Assembly (NCBI GenBank): GCA_965203555.1
Contig: CBDBCY010000004.1
Location: 352,001 to 416,000 of the forward strand
DNA: 64,000 bases
Source of the DNA: Acidimicrobiia bacterium
GTDB lineage: Bacteria > Actinomycetota > Acidimicrobiia > Spongiisociales > ZC4RG35
Direction of reading: 5' to 3'
Made by a program: the position numbers and the translations under genes. Below the pieces are notes generated by a model, which saw only the letters and a list, made by a program, of their open reading frames with translations, made no database searches and was not told the DNA's origin. The first letter of the stretch is position 1, and each line of letters begins with the position of its first letter. Below, in pieces: positions 53,196 to 62,677 of this stretch.

Positions 53196-54833
53196 GTGAA
53201 AGAGCTGGAGTGTCTACTGGAAAGTGTCCCGAATTCATTACCACTGTGGGGCCTCCTGGGACGGGGCGACCCTCAGGGTGCTGTAATCGAGGCCAGTTAT
53301 GAAGCAATCCGGCCGGGACTCCCTCCCGAGGACATTCACAATCGGTTGAATGCTGTTGCTTGGTTGGTGTATTGGCTCATGCGCTACGGTCACGGGCCGC
53401 GGTCGCGAAGCCAACGCGTGGATTCTCTCCGTCGTTTGCCGGGCTTTGGCAAAGCATGGTCGTTAGCGGAGCACCACCAGAGCATGAAGGATTATCTGTC
53501 ACAGGTGGTGTTTGGTGTGAGGGCATACGAACATCAGGACTGCCTGATCCGCCTTGCCTACAACGGACAGCCCGGGCTTGCCCTGCTCTCGAAATACCTG
53601 ACATATAAAGCAGGTGTTGATCTCAATCTCTCTCTCAATCCGTACGTAGACGCTCTCGCGGAATACGCCGAGAGCGCCGCGGCCTCAAGAAACTGGTTCC
53701 GTTCACCCTCCCAGATCAGGAACCTTGCTAGAAAGGCGACGGACCATGTAAAAGGTCCGATCCGGCCCTATTTGGACCCGACACTCCAGACCCCGATAGG
53801 CGTGACCCTCGGCGATTTGGAAAAGTATTGGAATGAAATCTCGGCTATCAGCCTTTACGACTTTTGGATCATGCAGGCAAAGGAGTCGCCCAACAGGTTC
53901 ATACATATCCGCGAGAAATTCGTAGGAAACATGGCAAGAGCAGCTGAAATATCGCGAGAGTCGGCTGATGAGATCACCAAGACGTTGACATTGAACAAGG
54001 ACAATGCTCAAGATCCTGATTCGGCTGCTGTTCACAATCCTCAGTTGACGCCCATTGTGGAGTTCGAGGGCGGGTTGTTCCTGGTAGCACCTCTCCTTAT
54101 CCCATCGTTACCCTCTCACCAAACCATGAAGATGCTACAAGTGGCCTACGCCGGACAGCCCTTTCTCAAGTTGGGCCATGACCTGGGCAAAGAGGGCGAG
54201 GAACGGGTAGCTGCCCTATTAGAAAAGAAGCTCCGAGGGGACATTCGGATCGATACCAACGTCTTGACGATTGAAGGCCGCCGCCAATGTCCCGATCTCG
54301 ACGTGGTGGTTTATTCCCCCGGCGAGGTGTTGATAGTCATGCAGGTCAGATGGCACATCATGGTCAACAACCAACACGAAGCCCTTCTTCAACAGAGAAA
54401 CGCCAGGAAGGACCGCCAAGACCTAGAAACACTCCGTGACAAAATCAACGCCGGAGGGGTGCATGTGCAGTGGCCCTCAGAGTGGGGGAATGTTGACGCT
54501 GATCGATGCGAACGTAGATGGTTCGTCTTAAACCATGACACAATGCCCGTACACGACATTGGTGACAGCGACATCAAAATGCGGTCGTACATGCTGATCG
54601 AACACTTGTTACCTGGGACAGAGCACTCGGCACACGACCTGGTAAAGCTGTTGGACTGTCCACCTACCCCAGCAGCAGGAGACCCCCGGTTGGACAGAAT
54701 CCGGTACGGGGGGATCCAGATAGAAGCGGAACACCCCGATTTTCACCCGGACCAGCCACCCCCGTTTGACGACCTATCAGAAATCGTCCGTCTCGTCCTC
54801 AACCCTGCGGCACGCTACGAGCAACGTCAATGA
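53196..54833 (+). CDS. Hypothetical protein with C-terminal PD-(D/E)xK-like nuclease fold
   Basis: 545-aa lower-GC ORF; GKEGEERV..PDLDVVV..MQVRW. Confidence 0.6.
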   Translation: MKELECLLESVPNSLPLWGLLGRGDPQGAVIEASYEAIRPGLPPEDIHNRLNAVAWLVYWLMRYGHGPRSRSQRVDSLRRLPGFGKAWSLAEHHQSMKDYLSQVVFGVRAYEHQDCLIRLAYNGQPGLALLSKYLTYKAGVDLNLSLNPYVDALAEYAESAAASRNWFRSPSQIRNLARKATDHVKGPIRPYLDPTLQTPIGVTLGDLEKYWNEISAISLYDFWIMQAKESPNRFIHIREKFVGNMARAAEISRESADEITKTLTLNKDNAQDPDSAAVHNPQLTPIVEFEGGLFLVAPLLIPSLPSHQTMKMLQVAYAGQPFLKLGHDLGKEGEERVAALLEKKLRGDIRIDTNVLTIEGRRQCPDLDVVVYSPGEVLIVMQVRWHIMVNNQHEALLQQRNARKDRQDLETLRDKINAGGVHVQWPSEWGNVDADRCERRWFVLNHDTMPVHDIGDSDIKMRSYMLIEHLLPGTEHSAHDLVKLLDCPPTPAAGDPRLDRIRYGGIQIEAEHPDFHPDQPPPFDDLSEIVRLVLNPAARYEQRQ

Positions 54834-54945
54834 CATTTTCTAGTGGTCGGTTGATCTACTAGGGGAGTGGAGCCTATGATCCGGCTAGTGGGGACTGCCG
54901 ATCTCGTTCCATCAGGTCGCCTGGGACGCCGCTGTGAGTGCTGGC

Positions 54946-55278
54946 GTGAGTATTGAACACCGACGTGGGAATGCCCGCTGGTGTGAGAACTGCGCCACGG
55001 CACGTCGACGGCGGCAGAAAGCCGTTTACGCTCGTCGTTGGCGGGACTCGAAACACCTGTGCGGTATGCCCCCCGCTGACTGGTATGTGGAGAACCCGGA
55101 TTTGTCGGACATGTGGGTGTGCGGCACGCCCGATCCTGGTGTGTGTGCCCTGTGCGGCGAGGAGGGACTGGTGGCACTCTGGCGATTTCCAGCGTTTTAC
55201 ACAGCGGTGTGTTCGCCAATCCGACCGGACTCTCATCCCTGGCCATTCTCGTTCTCGCGTCATACCCCGCTGCGCTGA
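54946..55278 (+). CDS. Small Cys-rich (zinc-finger-like) hypothetical protein
   Basis: WCENCA followed by a basic helix, CALCG. Confidence 0.45.
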   Translation: MSIEHRRGNARWCENCATARRRRQKAVYARRWRDSKHLCGMPPADWYVENPDLSDMWVCGTPDPGVCALCGEEGLVALWRFPAFYTAVCSPIRPDSHPWPFSFSRHTPLR

Positions 55279-55431
55279 ATGGGTGGGGGTACCGGATTGC
55301 TGAGGGAACGCCTTGTCGTTGATGTGATCGGAGTGGGCTAGGGCGTACCGCTACCCAGCCGACGCCGCTCCGCCCGGAAGCCTGGGCGCGTTATGTCCCC
55401 ATAAGGCGCCCTTGAGGTTCGTCCAGGCGTG

Positions 55432-55471
55432 GCTATGGTTCCGACTTGGGTAGCTATGGTTCCGACTTGGG
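55432..55471. repeat. Tandem 19-bp repeat (period 21)
   Basis: GCTATGGTTCCGACTTGGG at 55432 and 55453. Confidence 0.85.
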
Positions 55472-55653
55472 CCCGACTGGCGAGTGTCTGGAATATTCGA
55501 AGAAGTGTGGCGGAGTACGACAGAAGACTTGGGCCAAATCCACCGCGATCAGGCCATGAAACCGTGGCAGATTCGGGCTTAGACCGTGTCAAAGCCCTTT
55601 CCATGCAGGCCTCTGACCTGCGCTTTGCATTTACGCGCCAGCGCCACAAGGGC

Positions 55654-55700
55654 GGGGTTGGCGCGAAACTGGGTGGGTTTGGGATTTTATGGTAGTGGGG
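55654..55700. repeat. Transposon-end copy 3, directly abutting the right target duplication
   Basis: GGGGTTGGCGCGAAACTGGGTGGGTTTGGGATTTTATGGTAGTGGGG. Confidence 0.9.
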
Positions 55701-55931
55701 CGGTTCACCCCCCACCCCTAAACACGCCCATCACCCCCACCCGAACCTCCCACCGGTCAGGCTAAAGCATTACCGAGGCCCACGACTCGTTAATCACGTC
55801 AACAAGGTGCGGTGTCACCGTAGGAGACAGCCGATCCTGGGCACTGATCCCCTCTGTTTTTGGTTAGGGTGTTGGAGAAGCTTGCCATCTCAGGACCAGA
55901 TACGGCCACCGGATGTTTGGAACGGCCCCAG

Positions 55932-57401
55932 ATGATGCGGATTCTGTCACTTGTTCCCGGACTACCGAGGGTCGGTTTGGTGTGCCTGGCAGCCGTCGTC
56001 CTGTTCTCCGCATGCGGCGGGGAGGCGGATCCGACGACTGAGACCATTCCGACCACGACCTTGCCGGAGCCGACCACCACGGTCCCGGCCATCACCATGC
56101 CGGAGGCTTCCGAGGAGATCCCTGATTTCGAGATCGGCCACGGGACGGTTTGGCGAGATGTGTTCGAGATGCTGGCCGGCGCTGAGCAATCTTGTGTTCG
56201 CGACGCGGTTGGAGCGGATCTGAACCGGGTGTTGAGCCGGGAGATCCTGGATGAGGATGAGGTCGGTCAGCAGGAATTGGCGCTCCTGCCATGTCTCCCT
56301 CCCCGAATACTCAGGACGGTGTTCCTGACCGGCATGATGCTCGGAATGGAAGATGACGGAGTCCCGGTTGCAGAGGAGCAGGAAGCCTGCTTGCGGGAGG
56401 TGGTTGACGAGATGGACATGGCCGCCCTCATCTCCGTATTGGCTTACGAGGCCGGTGGTTCCAACGACGCCGCCGAGGCGGAGGACGCGGCCCAACTCCT
56501 GGAGATGATGGCCGGTTTCCTGAGATGCCCGACCACATCCTCGGAATTGTCCGGGCGGGTCGTAGTCTCTTCTCTGTTGGAAACCACAGTTGCAGCTCCG
56601 ATGGACCTGCACACCGGACTCGACATGCTGGAACCCGGCGACGCGGAGGTCTTTAACTGGCGACCGGGCATCCCCGATGACCTGCCAGCGACAGCGTACC
56701 GATTGACCCTTTTCGGCAAGGGGGAATATGCCGATCCGCCGCGACCGCCGAGCGAGTTGATTGTCGCAACTGTATGGCCGAGAGCGATCAAGGCGAACGT
56801 GTTGTGTCTTGTAGACGGAGCACAAGTTCCATGCTCGAACCGCGCGGCCGTATGGAGGGTGGAGTTCGACGGACCAGCCATGGCCTTGCTGGAACTGCCA
56901 GAAACCGAACGCCGCCGCGACGTCATCTTTTTAGAAGAGCGGGACGGCCGACCCGAGGGAGTAATTCCAGTATCGCACACACGGCCGATCGACGGGTGGG
57001 ATGTCCCCTTCCCCGCAACCGGAAACGCACCTCCGGTAGTCACCAACCCCCTTGGAGGATGCGACTGGGTTCTGTTCATGCAAACCCTCGAACCGCGGGA
57101 GACGTTCACACCGATTCGTACCCGAGATTCTGCCAGACCGGTGTACATGCTCATCAGCGTCTGTGCGGACTACCCGACCAGCTACGAGATAGCTCCATTA
57201 GTCGTGGTAAACGAAACCACGGTCGCCCATCTCGACGGGTTCCGACCCTTTGTCGCCCGACCAGGTGCCACCTACGCTTGGAAACTTCCCGACGAGTTGT
57301 TTGACGCCGGAAACAAGATCAGGGGAGTGGTCGTCCGCAGGGCACCAACGAGGCGGGGGGTTTGGGTCACCCATCCGCTGTTTACCAACACGGACTCGTG
57401 A
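55932..57401 (+). CDS. Hypothetical lipoprotein
   Basis: Lipobox LFSAC, Thr/Pro linker, paired Cys helical region, beta-rich C-terminus. Confidence 0.75.
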   Translation: MMRILSLVPGLPRVGLVCLAAVVLFSACGGEADPTTETIPTTTLPEPTTTVPAITMPEASEEIPDFEIGHGTVWRDVFEMLAGAEQSCVRDAVGADLNRVLSREILDEDEVGQQELALLPCLPPRILRTVFLTGMMLGMEDDGVPVAEEQEACLREVVDEMDMAALISVLAYEAGGSNDAAEAEDAAQLLEMMAGFLRCPTTSSELSGRVVVSSLLETTVAAPMDLHTGLDMLEPGDAEVFNWRPGIPDDLPATAYRLTLFGKGEYADPPRPPSELIVATVWPRAIKANVLCLVDGAQVPCSNRAAVWRVEFDGPAMALLELPETERRRDVIFLEERDGRPEGVIPVSHTRPIDGWDVPFPATGNAPPVVTNPLGGCDWVLFMQTLEPRETFTPIRTRDSARPVYMLISVCADYPTSYEIAPLVVVNETTVAHLDGFRPFVARPGATYAWKLPDELFDAGNKIRGVVVRRAPTRRGVWVTHPLFTNTDS

Positions 57402-58210
57402 CCAGGAAACGGGCCGGACGGGCGGTGGTGATCCTATCGACAAATGGGAGTTGCTGGCAGACAGGAGGTCACTACAAGGCAGTTGCTATCAGTTCCCGTA
57501 TGGCACTGCGCGGCAGGCTCATCAGACGGTGCGGGGTGAGGGACTCCGGTGCTGGTGATGGCGATCATCACTGGGGCATATCAGGGCCACCTGGGTCGCT
57601 TATCGACAGGGTGCTCCTAGACCGCCTGTAGGCAGTAACCCTGTTTGCCTGATACTGCTAGCGAACCGGTGATTCGACGAAGTACAGCGAAGAGTCCAGA
57701 ACGAACCGTTGGCCATCGAGGACGCAGGGAGACTCTGTTCCATGGGATTCGCCAGTTGCTCACCGCTGCTTCCAAGAGAATCGGGGGTCTTTTCCTCCAC
57801 ACCGAGCGCGGCAGCATGAAGGTTCTGGAGGTATCGTAACGGCTATGTCAGACCCGTTCCATGGAACAGTGTCCTTGCCAAACCAGCCACCGCCTGTCCA
57901 AGACCAACGATCCGGGCCAGCGGCGAGCACTCGGCTGAGATCACCGGCACCCTTCCGCAAATGTTCCCTGAAGTTCTTTGCTGCCAGCTGTCCGGATTCT
58001 TCTGGGCACGTGCTCATCGTGCGGGATAAGGCTTGACTTCAGCAGAGATGTCCGACGCCGTCATTTACCAGCGGTCACATTACCCTTCCCGAGGCGCTTG
58101 GTTATCTTGTCTGGCGGCGATGCTGCTTCCTGCGATCCGCCCGGTTGATGACGATCATCGAAAGTACCCAGAGTCGATCAGCGAAAGTTCCCACCCTGGG
58201 TTGGGTGGTT

Positions 58211-58996
58211 TTAGGCTAGCAGGTCTCCTTTCGGTCGGTGTTTTCGGGCTTGGGCTTGGTAGCTTCTCAGGCGGTAGCTGTCGCCGGTGATGGTGAACAC
58301 CACGCTTTTGTGGAGCAGCCGGTCGAGCATGGCGGCGGCGATGGTGTGGTCGGAGAAGATCTCTCCCCACGACGCGACACCGAGGTTGGTGGTGAGAATG
58401 ATCGATCCTTTTCCGTACCGTCTGGAGATGACTTGGAACAGGGTGGCGGCGTCTTCTGCCGGCATGGGCAGATAGCCCAGTTCGTCGATGATCAACACTT
58501 TGGGGGTGTTGAAGAACCGCAACGTTTGGGCCCATCGTCCTTGTAGGGCGGCTTTGCGGCACCGCGCCGCCAGGTCCGCAGCGGTGGTGTAGTACACCTT
58601 GTGACCGGTGTCTACCGCGGCGCGGCCGAGGATGACCGCCAGCATGGTTTTGCCCACGCCGGGCGGTCCGATGAACAAAACGTTGGAGGCATCGGCCAGG
58701 TAGGCCCCGGTAACCAGCTCTCTTACCAGTTTCTCGTCGACGCTGGGTTGGGCGGTGAAGTCGAAGTCTTCCAGTTGCCATCTGGTGGGGAAGTTCGCCA
58801 GTTTGAGACGGGTTTCCCATCGCCGTTGTTCGGTGGTCTCGACTTCTACTCGAAGTAGACCTTCAAGGAACTCGGTGTGGCTTTCACGGTTGGTTCGTGC
58901 CTGTTCGAGGTGGGTGGGGAGCGCCTCGGCGGCGGCGGGTAGGTTGAGGTAGGCCAGATGGCCTCGCAGCTGTTGGTACACCGATTGGTTCATCAC
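58211..58996 (-). CDS. istB: IS21 helper ATPase
   Basis: GPPGVGKT, LIIDELGY, ILTTN, LDRLLH, GDSYR. Confidence 0.96.
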   Translation of the reverse strand: MMNQSVYQQLRGHLAYLNLPAAAEALPTHLEQARTNRESHTEFLEGLLRVEVETTEQRRWETRLKLANFPTRWQLEDFDFTAQPSVDEKLVRELVTGAYLADASNVLFIGPPGVGKTMLAVILGRAAVDTGHKVYYTTAADLAARCRKAALQGRWAQTLRFFNTPKVLIIDELGYLPMPAEDAATLFQVISRRYGKGSIILTTNLGVASWGEIFSDHTIAAAMLDRLLHKSVVFTITGDSYRLRSYQAQARKHRPKGDLLA

Positions 58997-60291
58997 AGCC
59001 CCGCTTTTCGGTTTTGTTGGTCGATGTGCCGCTGGTACACCTCCAGATCGATCACCGTTTCGGTGTACAGGTCTCCGATACCGGCGGCGATAGCCAAAGC
59101 CGCGTCTGATGGCGGACGGTTGGGTTTGGGTTTGCAGGGTGGTTTGGTGGTGAACTCGGCTAGGACCACGTTCTCCAAAGCGGCGGTGTGTTCGGGTAGC
59201 CGAACCACCCGTCCCATACCGCGGGGTGCCTGCTGGTGGGTGGCGACCAGCCGGCCACTGGCCGAGAACATGCTGATAGTGGGGTCACCGAGCCTCCATC
59301 GGACGGTGACCTGGGTTCCTATCACCCCTGGTGGCACCGAGTATCGGTTACCGCGTACCGATACCAGCCCGTTGGATGTCACCCTGCGCTCCAAAGTCCC
59401 TTCTGCCGGGTAAGCCACCAGGGGCAGCTCGAGGAGAGGCTCGGTCTTGGCCAGCTCACCCACCGTGCTCTCACCCCGTGGGCGAAGATCGCCCACGGTC
59501 TGGCAGAATCTGTCCAGACTGTGCTGTGCTTCGGCGATGCTGGTCACCGCTGCGGTGCGCCACCACCGCTGAGAGACATAGTGGATGGCCTTTTCCACCA
59601 CGCCTTTCCGTTGAGGACGGCGCGGTGGGCACGGGTCAACAACCACCCCATAATGTTTGGCTACCCCAACGAACGACGGCTGGATACGACCGGTGGCGGC
59701 GACCACGGTCGCCATCCGATCCACCCTCCACCGCCGCGGGGTACCCTCCAGTCGTCTCAACACCTGGTCAAGACCCTCCACCAAATGGGGTTGGTCCTGG
59801 CGGGACGTGATCCACGCCCGAAAAGCGCCCGAGTGCGACAGCACACCCACCAGCACATGAGCGGTGGCTCCCCACGGCGTGTCACGTAACTCCACCCAGT
59901 CCCACTGGCACTCCTCACCCGGTGGATGATCGATGATCGCCGTGGCCCGGCCCCTGGTACCCGCACAGGCGCCACACAACGGCCGCAGGCCCCGAAGACG
60001 GACCTTCCGCACAAACGTCACATAGCTCTGCTCATAGCCCAAAGCCACCACCTCGTCGAACAACGCCGACCCCCACACATGCGGATCATCAGACAACCGC
60101 TGCCGCACATACGCCTCGAACTCATCAAACAGATCCGCCCCCGCCCGGGCACGCTGACCGGGCACCCGATCGCCCGACAGATACGCTCGCACGGTACGGC
60201 GGCTCTTACCAACATGACGGGCGATAGCCGAGATCGACCACCCCCGCCTCCTCAAAGCATGAACTTCCACGCACTCCTCCAGTACCAACAT
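58993..60291 (-). CDS. istA: IS21 transposase
   Basis: N-terminal HTH, PGEECQWDW, VDRM, KGVVE, GNRYSVP. Confidence 0.96.
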   Translation of the reverse strand: MLVLEECVEVHALRRRGWSISAIARHVGKSRRTVRAYLSGDRVPGQRARAGADLFDEFEAYVRQRLSDDPHVWGSALFDEVVALGYEQSYVTFVRKVRLRGLRPLCGACAGTRGRATAIIDHPPGEECQWDWVELRDTPWGATAHVLVGVLSHSGAFRAWITSRQDQPHLVEGLDQVLRRLEGTPRRWRVDRMATVVAATGRIQPSFVGVAKHYGVVVDPCPPRRPQRKGVVEKAIHYVSQRWWRTAAVTSIAEAQHSLDRFCQTVGDLRPRGESTVGELAKTEPLLELPLVAYPAEGTLERRVTSNGLVSVRGNRYSVPPGVIGTQVTVRWRLGDPTISMFSASGRLVATHQQAPRGMGRVVRLPEHTAALENVVLAEFTTKPPCKPKPNRPPSDAALAIAAGIGDLYTETVIDLEVYQRHIDQQNRKAGL

Positions 60292-61079
60292 AAAGGGCAG
60301 GGCTCCTCTCCACAGCTAGGAAATGTGACAATCCCTTAGCTTGGAGAGAGCCCTACCCAACAACGGGCATTTACCCCCAGGAGGTGGGAACTTTCAGTGA
60401 TCGAGACTGGGAACTTTCAGTGATCGCCAACACGGTGGTGTTTGACGACTGGCGCTGGGAGATAATGGAGGATGCCCTGATCGTCTGGTCGGTCATCTGG
60501 GTGCTGTGGTGGCCCTTGTTGAAGCTAACAGTGACCGTGACCTTGACCGAAATGCGTCTGGCCTTTACCCTAGGTTGGCCCCGCAAGCGGATCAACCGGT
60601 CCGACATTCGTTCAGTGACGCCTGTCCGCGATTGGACACGCGACGCCCACGCCGTCCGGTCCAACTACTACTTTATGCAGAACCGCGGCCGCCAAGGGGT
60701 GTTACTCGTTCTAAAGGGGGGTAAGAGCCTGATGGTAAGCGCCGACGACCCCGATTTTCTGGTCGCTACGTTAAAACGTGCGGGCGATGATGCTGACGGC
60801 GCCACAAACGATGGTACGCACTCAGATCACGATGGACAGCAGAGAACGCGGGCCTGCCAAGCCGGAGTCCCCTAAACGGAGTTGAATGCTGAGTGCTCCC
60901 GACGTTGCCACTGTTGGGAGGTCGGCGTTGCTGGGACATGGCCGTCCATGGGTGCGTTTGCTCGTGGGATACCTCAACCACACGTTTGTACTAAGCAGTG
61001 CCCATAGCAGATTTCGCGTGGGCAGCCACCGACAACTCGGGGTGACTGAATCCCCCCGATGCTCGGGGGAACTCCAGCT

Positions 61080-61125
61080 TGACCACAACCACCAACTCGC
61101 CACCCGATACTGAACCGCCCCCGGG
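61080..61125 (+). mobile_element. Tiny IS scars (IS110-like tail fragment joined to an IS3-like end)
   Basis: DHNHQLATRY matches the 52890-53120 remnant; followed by TGAACCGCCCCCGGG. Confidence 0.45.
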
Positions 61126-61149
61126 TTCACCCCTTCTCCCACTTGCCAA

Positions 61150-61165
61150 TCGAACGTATGTTCGA
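61150..61165. promoter_or_regulatory. LexA (SOS) box inside a predicted promoter
   Basis: TCGAAC-GTAT-GTTCGA between TTGCCA (61143) and TACTCT (61167). Confidence 0.9.
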
Positions 61166-61215
61166 CTACTCTATAGGGTCCCCAACCGAACCCGTTGCGA
61201 GAAGAAGGAGGTGCG

Positions 61216-62661
61216 ATGCGGGTTGCGTGCCTGCTCATCTCTCATCTGAGAGCCAAGTCCGAGTTGCGGCGCGACCTGCGCCTGGAAGGCCGGCCGGCAG
61301 TGATCGTCGACCGGACGGGGCCGGTTCCCCTGGTCGTGGACCACACCTCCCAAGCATTCCTGGCGACAGCCGGGATGACTTTGGAACAGGCCATCTCCAA
61401 CCATGCGAACTGTCTCGTCCTGGAAGCGGACGAGTCCTACTACCGGCAGGTGTTCGACGAGGTGCTCGGTTCCCTGATGGAGGTCGGCCATCGCCTGGAG
61501 GGTCCGGAACTCGGCACGGTCTATGCGCGCCTCGATGGCCTGGGGGCCCTGTACGGCGGTGAGGACCGTCTGGTGTACACGCTCCTGGGAGCCGTTCCCC
61601 ACGATCTGGAACCGGCGGTGGGAGTGGGGGACGCCAAATTCCCCGCCTTCGTGGCGGCCCGGACCGGGAAAACAATGCAAATCAACCGGGTGCCTGCCGA
61701 CGCCGCTCGATTCCTCTCTCCCCATCCGGTCGACCTGCTTCCCGTCTCGGCGGAGATCAAAGCCAACCTGCACCTTCTGGGTCTTCACACCATGGGGGAA
61801 GTGGCCGCGCTGCCCAAGGGATTGCTGACAGACCAGTTCGGCCTGGAGGGATCGCGGGCCTGGTCGCTCTGCAACGGAATCGACGAGCGTCCCCTGGTTC
61901 CCCTGCAATTCACCGAGACCATCATCGAGCACACCTCCTTTCCCGACCATTCGGCCTCTCTGGAGCTTTTTTTGGTGACGGTGGACATCCTCCTCAAGAA
62001 GGCCTTCTCCCGGCGCCGGATGCTGGGGAGACAGGCGGCCGGTGTGACCCTGGAATGCAGAGCGGAGAGCGCTCCCTCATGGAGGAAGACGATTCACTTC
62101 AAGCGAGGAGTCCACGGATGGGAGAAGGCCTCCCCGATCGTCAGGCGCCAACTGGAGACTGACCCTCCCCTGGTCCCCATCAAAGATATCCGGCTGATCC
62201 TCACCGATCTCAGCGGAGCGTCGGGAACGCAACTGGGGCTCTGGGCGGATCCCAAGAAGGTGCGATGGCGCCGGATCCAAGACGTGGAGAGAAAACTCCG
62301 GTCCCGGACGCGAGGAGACCACATCCTGCACCGGGTCGTGGAGGTGGCCCCCTGGCATCCGGCGCCGGAGATGCGCTCGGTTCAGGTTCCCATCGACCGA
62401 TCGGGTGACTATGCCATCAAACCGGTGGCGGCGCCCACCCGGGTCTCCGTCCGGGAGGGAGACCGTCGTCGGCCGGTGGCCGTGCTGCTGGGTGACCGGT
62501 GGCGCCCGGTGGCCCGGGTGGCCGACCTCTGGACCTTTGACCTGTGGTGGTTGCCGCAACCAATCACCCGGACCTACTACCGGCTGGGAGGAGAGAACGG
62601 GCGAAGGGTCACCCTCTTCTACGACCAGCGGACAGAATGCTGGTACAGACAGAGCGGCTAG
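61216..62661 (+). CDS. imuB: ImuB-like inactive Y-family polymerase with C-terminal extension
   Basis: GMTLEQA, VGVGDAKFPA, FL..PVDLLP, LGLHTMGEVA, clamp-like QLGLW, no catalytic Asp motif, W..DLWW tail; RBS AGGAGG. Confidence 0.85.
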   Translation: MRVACLLISHLRAKSELRRDLRLEGRPAVIVDRTGPVPLVVDHTSQAFLATAGMTLEQAISNHANCLVLEADESYYRQVFDEVLGSLMEVGHRLEGPELGTVYARLDGLGALYGGEDRLVYTLLGAVPHDLEPAVGVGDAKFPAFVAARTGKTMQINRVPADAARFLSPHPVDLLPVSAEIKANLHLLGLHTMGEVAALPKGLLTDQFGLEGSRAWSLCNGIDERPLVPLQFTETIIEHTSFPDHSASLELFLVTVDILLKKAFSRRRMLGRQAAGVTLECRAESAPSWRKTIHFKRGVHGWEKASPIVRRQLETDPPLVPIKDIRLILTDLSGASGTQLGLWADPKKVRWRRIQDVERKLRSRTRGDHILHRVVEVAPWHPAPEMRSVQVPIDRSGDYAIKPVAAPTRVSVREGDRRRPVAVLLGDRWRPVARVADLWTFDLWWLPQPITRTYYRLGGENGRRVTLFYDQRTECWYRQSG

Positions 62662-62677
62662 CCGGGGAGACGGGAGT

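Larger units (their letters stand above)
32826..55645. mobile_element. 22.8-kb cargo transposon inserted at the 5' boundary of tRNA-Arg
   Basis: Left end GGGGTTGGCGCGT (32826-32838); right end ACGCGCCAGCGCC (55633-55645), 11/13 inverted match; exact 8-bp direct repeat ACAAGGGC at 32818-32825 and 55646-55653. Confidence 0.8.
58146..60432 (-). mobile_element. Complete IS21-family insertion sequence
   Basis: TG...CA ends with multiple internal repeats (TGGGAACTTTCAGTGATCG x2), 4-bp target duplication CGGT, istA-istB. Confidence 0.95.
58048..60875 (+). pseudogene. Small membrane protein (bacterial PH-like domain) split by IS21 (58048-58145 + 60437-60875)
   Basis: Removing the IS and one CGGT gives in-frame MSDAVIYQRSHY..PAIRPVVFDDWRW..GWPRKRINRSDIRSV..VSADDPD. 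Confidence 0.8.

Noticed and set aside
32818-55665. 20-bp direct repeat read as a classic integrase attL/attR
   Set aside because: Better explained as an 8-bp TSD plus a neighbouring element end: an inverted end precedes the right copy, the 12-mer recurs at 37249 without tRNA sequence, and no active integrase is present. Not fully excluded.
57402-58040. Short ORFs between the lipoprotein and IS21
   Set aside because: No coherent frame or motif; probably decayed sequence
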